26,080 nucleotides of DNA, taken from a virus. Under the pieces are notes generated by a model, which was not told where the DNA came from, did no database searches, and saw only the letters and a program-made list of their open reading frames with translations. The DNA lies in IMG/VR virus record IMGVR_UViG_3300002925_000022, positions 1-26,080 of that record; one strand, written 5' to 3'. The translations under genes were made by a program, and so were the position numbers. Shown here in pieces: positions 15,857 through 24,517 of this stretch (position 1 is its first letter; each line of letters opens with the position of its first letter).

Positions 15857-18439
15857 TTATCTTAGTTTCTTCGTTATTGCCAGTGGGCTTATTGTACTGG
15901 GACCATGAGACAGGTCATGGAACACTGGTGTCACATGATATGTAGCTGCCGTTTCCAACGCTTGAGTTGCCAAGCCCGTCAAGGGTAGATTCTTAGTTGG
16001 GTTTGCTTTGGGCACTTCAGGAAGCGAATGTGTGTCAATAAACTGAAGGCTTCTTGCATCTGTAAGGGCATGCACTTTCCCTACCACTGTCCTCATACCC
16101 ATTTCTTCTTTTGTAACCAAAAAGTGATCAATTTGCTTTGGGTTCCCCTTTAGTTCCCACTGCAACTTTACCCTGCCTTTGCCCAGCGATGAAACTGTTG
16201 CCTTCTGTACCGCTGGAACAGGAACAGCTAAAGAAATTCTGACGTGCAGAATATCTCCAACGGTTCCAAATGTGAAATCTGTGTTGGCATGATTCCTCTT
16301 AAGTGTGGTTGTGCTCACGAGGTTGCCATCTCGCAGGGTTACTGGATGTTGCCACTTAGAAGGTGCGTAAGAGTAGGTTTTGTCCGGGTTGTTCTTATTT
16401 GTTACCGTAGTAGTAAAAGTTGAAATAAGACTCTGAGCACTTCGGAAGTGGGTATTGATGGTGTACTCATAGGTGTGGCCAGCTTGTACCTTCTTTACAC
16501 CACGGTTGCGGCCAAGGGCACTATCCGAAAAGTCCTTTCCAATGAAAACCCCCATGTCCTCAACTTCACCAGTAGTCAGGTTTGTACGCTTGATTTGGTA
16601 AGCGATAAGGTTCTGGAATTGATCTCGATTCTGGATGATGTCATCCTGGTAGAACCCCAAAATACCTTGTTGTTCCATTGCCTTCTTGACTTGATCCATT
16701 TTCCCTTCAGAGATTATGGAAGAAAGAGAGAAAACAATATCAAGTTCGGTTCCTACGTTTATCGTCTTTGGGGGGGAAGCCGTGGTCGTGATGATGTTGT
16801 TGATGACAGGGTTGAACTGAATATGAGAACTGGATGATGACCAGAACTCCGTTCCATCCCGGTAAGTAAGCTTCACTCGGTATTCATAAATTCTTTGGTC
16901 TACAGGGGTGATATCAGTAACATAAAACCTGGAGTCAGAAGTTGGAAGATTCTGGATATACACCACATTCCCAATGGGTGTAGCTTCAGAAAGCTTTTCA
17001 TGCCGAGACAAATCAATACGGGAAACCCGCATAGACAAAACACCAGGTGGGATATCGTTGAGTTCGATTTGAATGGTATTGTCAACGACCTTGGTGTTCA
17101 TTGAAAGGAATAACTTCCTTTGCTGAGCTGAGGACCGAACCATGTGAACTCTTTGTGGAGGATTCACAACTGCCGAAGCAAAGTCATGAGACTTCAACTC
17201 GAATCTGTTGTAAGTCACCACTCGATAAATCACTGGTCGCATCCCAGGATTTGGATCATTGTACCACTTTGACCCATCCTGTACCCGAAGGGGTACTTTG
17301 GCAATTTGCACGAAATCTGTTTCTGTTGTTTCCGAGTGTGTATTCAAGACCTTCCGATAAATAAACACTCCCGCTCCGTTAGGGTCTATCTGTTTGAGTT
17401 CCAGTCGGTTGTACCCTGAACATTGAGTGGCAGTAACAAATGGCACTTGAATAGGCAACGTAAAGACTGAAACATTTCGAGCATGGTGAACCACCGTGGA
17501 CAGACTCTCTACTTCCACGCCGTTGATATCCTGAAGTTCAAAAAGAAGATAGAACTGGTCGCCAATTGTACTGACATCCAGATAAAGGTCTTCTTCAATG
17601 GTCACCAGGTTGGTGTTCTCCTCAACCAAGACATGAGTATAATCGTTATTCGCTAATCCAAGCTGATTAGAAGGCTTGTCCTTAGAATCCCCAAGAACAG
17701 CATTCAGGATGCCAAAGGAAGGCTTTACAGCCCCAACAGGGCTTCCAACTACAACCTCCCGGGCAATGTTCCTTGGACGTTGAATAACGCCCGCAAAAGC
17801 CTTTTCTGTGTCAACAATATGGGAGGTTCGGTTTCCTATCTGAGCAGGGTCAATCCCGTGTTTGAAAATAAGATCAAACCCGTACTCTTGCGGCGGTTGG
17901 ACTGGGACAATCTCATTTACAGTTGGCTGAAACAAAGGTGTCTGAAATGTCGGTTGAGAGATGTTCTGAACCGTCAAATCCGAAGCCTTTACAAGCTTGA
18001 AGCTTTTCTTCCGAAAAAGGTACTTCTCGGCTGTTAGTTTGGCATCGTCATAATTCTTGAAGGTCTTTTGCACCTTCGTTGGCTTCAATTCTTTGGCCTT
18101 GTCATTTGGAATTTTTGCTGTAATGTCGCTTGTAACGGTGGTGACAAATTTTTTTACGAAAGAACGGTTCATTTCCGTTCTTTCTGCTTGCCGTCTAAGG
18201 AGGTTTTTAACAATCTCCTGGGAATTAAGACGAGAGAACCCTGGAACATCTATTACATCCGGCGGTTCCAGAGAAACATGAATCTTCACCAAGAAGGCTT
18301 TTTCTCTTACAGCCCTTTGGGCATCCACATTGTACTTGATGGCATAACGATATCTCCCTTCCTTGGTGATATCTTCTAAAACAGCGAAATCACTTGGAAG
18401 AGAGATGATGCCATCTTTACGGTTAATGTTGATCCTCAT
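15857..18439 (-). CDS. Structural protein with FN3/Ig-like beta-sandwich repeats (860 aa)
   Basis: GAGGGG SD. Repeated YRVVTY, YEYRVKL, VKLQWE and YHVTPVF strand patterns. Confidence 0.7.
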   Translation of the reverse strand: MRININRKDGIISLPSDFAVLEDITKEGRYRYAIKYNVDAQRAVREKAFLVKIHVSLEPPDVIDVPGFSRLNSQEIVKNLLRRQAERTEMNRSFVKKFVTTVTSDITAKIPNDKAKELKPTKVQKTFKNYDDAKLTAEKYLFRKKSFKLVKASDLTVQNISQPTFQTPLFQPTVNEIVPVQPPQEYGFDLIFKHGIDPAQIGNRTSHIVDTEKAFAGVIQRPRNIAREVVVGSPVGAVKPSFGILNAVLGDSKDKPSNQLGLANNDYTHVLVEENTNLVTIEEDLYLDVSTIGDQFYLLFELQDINGVEVESLSTVVHHARNVSVFTLPIQVPFVTATQCSGYNRLELKQIDPNGAGVFIYRKVLNTHSETTETDFVQIAKVPLRVQDGSKWYNDPNPGMRPVIYRVVTYNRFELKSHDFASAVVNPPQRVHMVRSSAQQRKLFLSMNTKVVDNTIQIELNDIPPGVLSMRVSRIDLSRHEKLSEATPIGNVVYIQNLPTSDSRFYVTDITPVDQRIYEYRVKLTYRDGTEFWSSSSSHIQFNPVINNIITTTASPPKTINVGTELDIVFSLSSIISEGKMDQVKKAMEQQGILGFYQDDIIQNRDQFQNLIAYQIKRTNLTTGEVEDMGVFIGKDFSDSALGRNRGVKKVQAGHTYEYTINTHFRSAQSLISTFTTTVTNKNNPDKTYSYAPSKWQHPVTLRDGNLVSTTTLKRNHANTDFTFGTVGDILHVRISLAVPVPAVQKATVSSLGKGRVKLQWELKGNPKQIDHFLVTKEEMGMRTVVGKVHALTDARSLQFIDTHSLPEVPKANPTKNLPLTGLATQALETAATYHVTPVFHDLSHGPSTISPLAITKKLR

Positions 18440-18444
18440 GCAAA

Positions 18445-19461
18445 TTACCCCTCAAAAACCAAGGTGAACAGGTTGATGAACTTGTGGACACCAGCAATGT
18501 CCGTATAGACCTTGCCTACAAAAAAAACATGTTTGCTCAGGACAGGTCGGTTCCTTGGGTCTTTATCTTGCCTCTTTCGTTCTGCCAAAGTAATGTCGTC
18601 TCCGGCAATGTTGAACAGGCCGAAGTCAATCACATCCAGCTTGACGATCTCATTCCCCCCAACTTCAAACATCTGACAGACAACATTGTTCGTCTTTGAC
18701 GCTTCCTGAAATGGAATGTTTACTGCATAACCCTTGGCAACAGCAGATGAAATCTCTTTCTCCACGTCCGTGAAGGACAACTTCGGCCTCTGGTTCAAGT
18801 TTGGATAATTCCCAAGAAGATTCACCGTGTTGTCCCCAGGGCGATACTTGTTGATTGGTGGCAAATACTGGAAATTTGGAAGATGACTCAGCCTTGAGTC
18901 AACAAACAAAGGGTCGGTTGTCTCCACGTTGCCAATGGGACTTTCACTCTGTGGAATGGGAACCTGTTCAGAAATGGAGAACTGGATATTGGTTGTTCCC
19001 AAGGAAAACGGCACTTCATTTTCATCAAAGATTTCCGGGCTGCCGAGAATATATTGTTTTTTGTAAGCATCCAAAGAACTGTTGAGCAGTCCATCCGCTT
19101 CAGATGCAAAGATGTTATCCTGGACGGGCAGGTAGACTTTCCCAGAACCAGTGGAACTGGAAGACACAGCCACAAGGATCTGTCCATTTCTAACCACTGA
19201 GGTATTTGAAGGAAAACTTACGAGCTTCCCAGAGTCATCCGCCTCAAATGTGATCATGTCCTGCGGCAGTGAGTTGGCCTCCAGGAATGGCCTCTTCGTT
19301 CCATCCAGAGAGGCGCTAAAAGAGGTGTCTTGCGAGTAAAAAGCCCCCATATCAGTGAAGCTGTAGAACTCTGCCTTCAGCTTCCCTGCTGCAATTTGAC
19401 CCCTGCCTTGCAGGGTGATAATAGTGTCCAGGATCCTAGTCTTGGAATCAAGAAAACCCAT
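18445..19461 (-). CDS. Putative baseplate/tail protein, N-terminal paralogue of 9240..9959 (about 338 aa)
   Basis: Start revised to ATG 19461: MGFLDSKTRILDTIITLQGRGQIAAGKLKAEFYSFTD...Y...FLEA. Confidence 0.75.
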   Translation of the reverse strand: MGFLDSKTRILDTIITLQGRGQIAAGKLKAEFYSFTDMGAFYSQDTSFSASLDGTKRPFLEANSLPQDMITFEADDSGKLVSFPSNTSVVRNGQILVAVSSSSTGSGKVYLPVQDNIFASEADGLLNSSLDAYKKQYILGSPEIFDENEVPFSLGTTNIQFSISEQVPIPQSESPIGNVETTDPLFVDSRLSHLPNFQYLPPINKYRPGDNTVNLLGNYPNLNQRPKLSFTDVEKEISSAVAKGYAVNIPFQEASKTNNVVCQMFEVGGNEIVKLDVIDFGLFNIAGDDITLAERKRQDKDPRNRPVLSKHVFFVGKVYTDIAGVHKFINLFTLVFEG

Positions 19462-19465
19462 GCCG

Positions 19466-19472
19466 ATAAGTA
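19466..19472 (-). promoter_or_regulatory. Putative late promoter TACTTAT, close to the ATG
   Basis: TACTTA + 5 nt + ATG, the same spacing as at 2277-2287. Confidence 0.55.
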
Positions 19473-19504
19473 TCCACTTTTCCAAAGTGAATTATCAGCA
19501 GAAT

Positions 19505-20800
19505 TTACACGTCGTAGAAAGGCTGCCCTGACCGGTACTCAAAGTCATAGATGCCAGAGTCTTTTGGATTCAAAAGGGTTGGGTTGCTGGCCGTGACAGC
19601 GGCAACTGAACCGGAAACAAACCGGATGCTGATGGCAGCTTCCATTGAACCCTTTTTGCCATTGTTCTTGCCGTCGGTTGTAAAACCATCAGGATCAAAG
19701 AACTTGCTGAACTTCCTTTGTTCCATCATGTCCCGGAATTGACCGTAACGGCTGCTCCTGAAGACACAGGAGGTGTATTGTGGAAAACCATTGATGACTC
19801 CATATCTCCAGCCTCGAATGATCACAGAAGAGGCGTAGAAACCATTAATCACGCCAAAAGCGCCGTTGTGTTTACTAGATGTCACAGCGTTAAAAAACGG
19901 AACACCTTGGTGATTGTCTCCAAACCCAAAAAAAAACTTTGTTAGCTGTTTCTGGCGAGGTCTTTTTACGCCTTTGTCGTCGCCAAAGTTTCCATCAACC
20001 GCCGGTGGATAGGCATTCGAACCACTTCCAAGAAACTGTTCACTTATATTAACACTTCCTGAAACATCAATCAAAGTGTATCTAACTGGTTCGGTGGCCC
20101 CCAATCCTTCATTTAAGAGCCCATCATGCCATTTTTTAGGAATGATCACTTCAACAGTGGCAAGAGAACTGGACTGATAACCAAAGTAGCCCCCGTACGT
20201 TACAATCCCGTTTGGTAACGCAAAATTGGATTCCGTTCCGGGGCAAAGAATCTTGGAACGATAAAAAGAGGGTTCCAGGACTCGATCAATGTCTTTGTAG
20301 GTGTTCTGAAAAGGAAATGACCCAAACCAAGTCCTGTCTGCAATGTTCGTGCCTATTCCATGGTAAGAGGCTGTAACGCCATATGTGGTAAACACTGCTT
20401 TGCCAACGGCTGGGTTGTTGAAGTCTGCATCAGCATCTTGCTCGGCAATAAGAATGGGAACTTGGCCATTTTCTACAATCGCCAAAACAGGAACCCCACC
20501 ATTCAAGTAGAAGGCAGATAAGATATCAGGCAGGATTGTATCCTGGTACCTCTCTGTTACTGAGAAAAAGTGACGAAAGCGAAGACCTATTCCTAGGCTT
20601 CTATTGCGGTTTGATCCGCTGTAATCCGCAAAATCGCTGTAGTATTTAGCCAACCTGATCTCGTTGGATCCACTGCTGTGAGAAGCAATGATCTTCCGGT
20701 CGCCTGTATAAATTGAACCCGATAAGATAGAGTCCACATAAGATCCAGTGTAGAAGACATTTGGTTCCACTTCAAATTGGTCATGTGTTGTTTGGTTCAT
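19505..20800 (-). CDS. Hypothetical virion protein, SGS-rich (431 aa)
   Basis: Abuts the upstream TAG. C-terminal FRSSRYGQFRDMMEQR segment. Confidence 0.75.
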   Translation of the reverse strand: MNQTTHDQFEVEPNVFYTGSYVDSILSGSIYTGDRKIIASHSSGSNEIRLAKYYSDFADYSGSNRNRSLGIGLRFRHFFSVTERYQDTILPDILSAFYLNGGVPVLAIVENGQVPILIAEQDADADFNNPAVGKAVFTTYGVTASYHGIGTNIADRTWFGSFPFQNTYKDIDRVLEPSFYRSKILCPGTESNFALPNGIVTYGGYFGYQSSSLATVEVIIPKKWHDGLLNEGLGATEPVRYTLIDVSGSVNISEQFLGSGSNAYPPAVDGNFGDDKGVKRPRQKQLTKFFFGFGDNHQGVPFFNAVTSSKHNGAFGVINGFYASSVIIRGWRYGVINGFPQYTSCVFRSSRYGQFRDMMEQRKFSKFFDPDGFTTDGKNNGKKGSMEAAISIRFVSGSVAAVTASNPTLLNPKDSGIYDFEYRSGQPFYDV

Positions 20801-23389
20801 CTATTCCCCGATTACTTCGTGAACCGTTACAGAGGTAAGAAGTTGGTTCAGTGTATCATGATATTCCTGGTTATTCTTAATTTGAGAACCGTAAAATATG
20901 ATTTTGGAAGGCTTGGCTGCAAATGAGAGTTCTGGTCCCTTCTGGTTGTACTGAGGATTATTAAAGGCCGAATTGATTCGGTTGGCAACAGGCAACTGCC
21001 AACCGAACACCAACTGATCACCTGGCAACAGAAGATAAGGGTTAACTTTTGAATAGCGATTCAAATGTTCAATTGTTCCAGCCGGATTACCTGAGGGATT
21101 AGGGGCAATAACCAGGCTTTTTTCAACGACACTTCCTTGTTCCAAAGTGCCAAGGTAATCTCGACCGCTTGGAGTAAACAACCCAGAACGAGTACTGTTG
21201 CTGTTAATAAGCATCATGGCCGATGTCCCACCGTCATTATTTCCAATTTGAACTTGGTCCAATCCCTGATTGGACAAAGCATTTTTGACAGTTCCAGACA
21301 TGATCAAGCGCCCTGACCATTCACCATAGGCACCCAACAAAAGACTTGAACCAGCCTCCAAATTAAGTTCTCGCCGAGCACGTTCATAGGTGATTGGTAG
21401 TGCATTTGCTGAAAACCCCACAACTTGTGCATAAGTGACAAGATCCCGAACGGTATCTACTGTATTGCCGTTGTAAGTTGCAGGGATTTGCACACCTGTA
21501 ACGAGATACGCAGTAGTACCAATGTTGTTGCGATATACGATTTTTTGTAAATCATCGGAAACCAGTTGAAATGGTCTACGCTGGTTCAAGATAAAAAAGG
21601 TAGTAACCGAGTAAGTTGTATAAGAACCATAGAAGGTGGTATTATAAGTCAAAGACCCGCTCCACTCCAGGACGATCTTCTCTAGAAGAAAGGGCGTGTC
21701 GATATAATCGGACATTGAGATGCAGTTCGAGGAAGTAGCGTGGAACTTAGGGTGATAAGGAAAGCCAAAGTTACTGATTTTGGCTCCAGCTCCAAAGTCT
21801 GAATAACCAATACTACCATTATTCATACCAGTACCAAACCCAATGCACTGTTCTTCGCAAAAGGCTATAAAATTAGCAGGGTTACCAGCAGCATAAATTG
21901 CAAATTCTAGTCCCAACCCAATTCCCTCCCATTTGCGACTGTCCTTGTTCCAGTAAGCCATTGGGTAATTGTTACTGGAACCGGTATTGTTTACAATACA
22001 GAAAGAATGATCTACGGAAGGAGTTAGGTCAATCTCAATCTTGGACTTGCTCCAAAGAGGCTGGTCAAACCCTTCACCAACGTCAGAAATCTTACTCCCT
22101 GTGGCATAGAAGGGATTTGCGGTCGTACCAGTAAGCACAAACTTGGCATCAACGGCTGGGTTCCAGTCATCTCTGAACGGCTGAAAGTCTTGACCTGGGG
22201 TGAAGGTAACCAGTTTATCTCCGACGCCCTTTCGTACAACCCCCTGCACCACGATATCCGTGTTGTACTCCGGGTGCCTTTCGAAAGTGCCTGTGGCGTC
22301 CAACTGATACAAAGCAAGATTGCTCGTGTGCAATCCAGCAGGCATTGCGACGCCGAACTTGTCAGTGACTCCAAAAGGGCCACCAGAGTACAAAAGGTAC
22401 ACTTCTTGAGAAGTAGCAAACTCCTTGGCCATTACTACTTGGTCAAAGCGGCCAGTTGCTACTGAACTTCCAGTAATATAATCCGAATCGTAGAAAGCTC
22501 CAATATAGAAGCTATCTGTTGTTGGCGTGAAGCCAGTCCATCCAGTATCCAAGACCATTGTGACAGACTGAGCTACCCCATCAACATAAATGGAAACTGA
22601 GATGGCAGTAGGCGATGTAGCCTTAACTGTAACGGTTACATGGTGCCAAGTTCCAACGGAAACCACACCCGGACTTGTACTGTATACCCGGTGAGTCCCA
22701 TTGGTATTAGTAAATACTACAAATTCCAACGCGCCTGCTGCTGTGGCAAGCAGTTCAAAGGAGGCATAGTTGAGAATCCTGATTCCCTTCCAGAAAATTG
22801 GAGTCCCAGAAGCGTTAATGCTATCCAGTTTGAAGTGGGTTGCTACGGTAAACCTTGGTAATCCTCCCTGAGAAACCTCGCTATAGTTGATATTGTCGGC
22901 ATAGATTGTGTCTGAACCAGGAAGATTCCCGGAAATGTAGACGGACCAAATGTTGGGCCATGTCGAGGTAAACCCGTTGTAATACCCCGGGACATCCGGG
23001 GTCATGGCGTAGTCATTGGTTCCAAAGGATGCTGTATGAAGATGACTTCCATGGTCTGAACTGTTCCACCGACCATCAAACAGGTACTTATCTTCAAACC
23101 GCCACCAGAGAACAACGCTCCCGTTTTCATCGGTACCAGGGCCAAGGGAGTAGTTCGTATAGGTGCCAGGGGGAGCTGTTACGTCAAAGCCATGGTTGAT
23201 AGTGCCACTGGAGTAGGAGTTGAAGGAAACCGTCTTTGTGTCATCATACCGCACTTTATACCGCCCTGTCCGGTTATCAGAAACAAGACGGGAGTGTGAA
23301 GGGAAAGAACCGGTAACAGCTTCCTTCAACTGGAGTTGAACTCTTGGTGGAAGTCCCTTGATTCTGGTTTTTTTAAGGATTCTTGGCAT
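20801..23389 (-). CDS. Virion protein with a LamG/ConA-like domain (862 aa), possibly an adhesin
   Basis: VVLWWRFE...FTVATHFK...WHHVTVT...IYVDG...FYIGA...GRFDQV...EVYLLY. Confidence 0.75.
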   Translation of the reverse strand: MPRILKKTRIKGLPPRVQLQLKEAVTGSFPSHSRLVSDNRTGRYKVRYDDTKTVSFNSYSSGTINHGFDVTAPPGTYTNYSLGPGTDENGSVVLWWRFEDKYLFDGRWNSSDHGSHLHTASFGTNDYAMTPDVPGYYNGFTSTWPNIWSVYISGNLPGSDTIYADNINYSEVSQGGLPRFTVATHFKLDSINASGTPIFWKGIRILNYASFELLATAAGALEFVVFTNTNGTHRVYSTSPGVVSVGTWHHVTVTVKATSPTAISVSIYVDGVAQSVTMVLDTGWTGFTPTTDSFYIGAFYDSDYITGSSVATGRFDQVVMAKEFATSQEVYLLYSGGPFGVTDKFGVAMPAGLHTSNLALYQLDATGTFERHPEYNTDIVVQGVVRKGVGDKLVTFTPGQDFQPFRDDWNPAVDAKFVLTGTTANPFYATGSKISDVGEGFDQPLWSKSKIEIDLTPSVDHSFCIVNNTGSSNNYPMAYWNKDSRKWEGIGLGLEFAIYAAGNPANFIAFCEEQCIGFGTGMNNGSIGYSDFGAGAKISNFGFPYHPKFHATSSNCISMSDYIDTPFLLEKIVLEWSGSLTYNTTFYGSYTTYSVTTFFILNQRRPFQLVSDDLQKIVYRNNIGTTAYLVTGVQIPATYNGNTVDTVRDLVTYAQVVGFSANALPITYERARRELNLEAGSSLLLGAYGEWSGRLIMSGTVKNALSNQGLDQVQIGNNDGGTSAMMLINSNSTRSGLFTPSGRDYLGTLEQGSVVEKSLVIAPNPSGNPAGTIEHLNRYSKVNPYLLLPGDQLVFGWQLPVANRINSAFNNPQYNQKGPELSFAAKPSKIIFYGSQIKNNQEYHDTLNQLLTSVTVHEVIGE

Positions 23390-23688
23390 TACGACTCCAA
23401 CTTACAACCCTTGTGTGGGGAACGTTTGTTGTTGATAACAAAACGCAGAATTGTTCGCTGCAAACCGTGGGCAGCAACGAACCCTACAAGGTTCTCTATT
23501 TTGGTGTGTTTCTCGCCAGTTGGCGATGCCAGCATGAAGCCATCATACACTTTCCTTCTATACGTATTCCCAAGGTTAGCTTTACGAAGTTTGCCCCTGG
23601 ATTGAGAATATAGAGCTGTTCTGAACAGGAAACTGGAACGGCCACCAACTGAATGTATGAACGGTTTCAGGCGGAAGGTATGTTTAGG
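23389..23688 (-). pseudogene. Remnant C-terminal DNA-binding region of a homing endonuclease
   Basis: An open frame missing from the ORF track reads ...KLRKANLGNTYRRKVYDGFMLASPTGEKHTKIENLVGFVAAHGLQRTILRFVINNKRSPHKGCKLES*. The SPxGE...NL..F...HGL...HKG(W) pattern is typical of phage HEG C-termini. No nuclease domain is visible. Confidence 0.6.
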
Positions 23689-24501
23689 TTAGCTTCCACG
23701 CGCCCAGCCGCCAAACGCTATGGAGTCCGTTCCGTATTGTCCCGCATTCAAACCGTAGTAACTCCAACCAGCAGTCGCCGACTTCTTGCCATAAGGCAAG
23801 AAACCCTCTATTGTCTTGATTCCTTTTGCAGCAACCGTCAGGAAAACGGAATTGGTGGTCTGCAACTTCTTTTCTGGAGTATACGGAAGGGTATCGTCAA
23901 AAGGAGAGAATCTCCTTTCAATGTCTGCAACATAAGGATCTATTGGAATATTGCCAACATAGCCCCCTCCTTCGTCAAGGAAGAATCTAGGATCTTTAGG
24001 GAGGGCTATCTCAATGAACTGTTCAATACGGTTGGTTGTTCGAAGAACATAGGAGTCAAAGTTGTTGCCATCCTCAATTTCTCCTCTCGCAGCATGAGCG
24101 TAAAAAGTCCCTTCATTGCTACGCTTACGGAAGGGGATTGTCAGAGGTTCAATAACGGCTTCATTAAGCACCCCCTCGTTTAACTGAATTGGAACAGGGT
24201 AGGTATCACCCATTGAAATGTAGGCAACAGGATTGAACTTTGGGAGGTCATGGTATTTGCTTTTCAGGCCCAACGGATTCTCCTCAATTATTCCGTTGGC
24301 TTGCCCATAGGTGACAACGGAGACAGAACCGTTGGTATTCCCTGACCAAATCTTCGGTTGAATGCCAAGAAACCTGAAACGATCGTTGATGATCTCGACC
24401 CCTTGCCGGTATCGGTCCCACGCTGAGGTATTATAGCCGTTCGTCGTGGGTTGAGGGGGACGAACCGGAAAACGTTGATCATCAAATGGGGTGAATGGCA
24501 T
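23689..24501 (-). CDS. Hypothetical virion protein (about 270 aa)
   Basis: Start revised to ATG 24501 (MPFTPFDD) after AGAAGG. C-terminus KSATAGWSY...GTDSIAFGG. Confidence 0.75.
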   Translation of the reverse strand: MPFTPFDDQRFPVRPPQPTTNGYNTSAWDRYRQGVEIINDRFRFLGIQPKIWSGNTNGSVSVVTYGQANGIIEENPLGLKSKYHDLPKFNPVAYISMGDTYPVPIQLNEGVLNEAVIEPLTIPFRKRSNEGTFYAHAARGEIEDGNNFDSYVLRTTNRIEQFIEIALPKDPRFFLDEGGGYVGNIPIDPYVADIERRFSPFDDTLPYTPEKKLQTTNSVFLTVAAKGIKTIEGFLPYGKKSATAGWSYYGLNAGQYGTDSIAFGGWARGS

Positions 24502-24517
24502 ACTGAACCTTCTAGCC

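Noticed and set aside
16770-19936. Homopolymer runs (G7 at 16770, A8 at 18520, A9 at 19928) as phase-variation or frameshift sites
   Set aside because: The reading frames are intact and no plausible alternative-frame product was seen.
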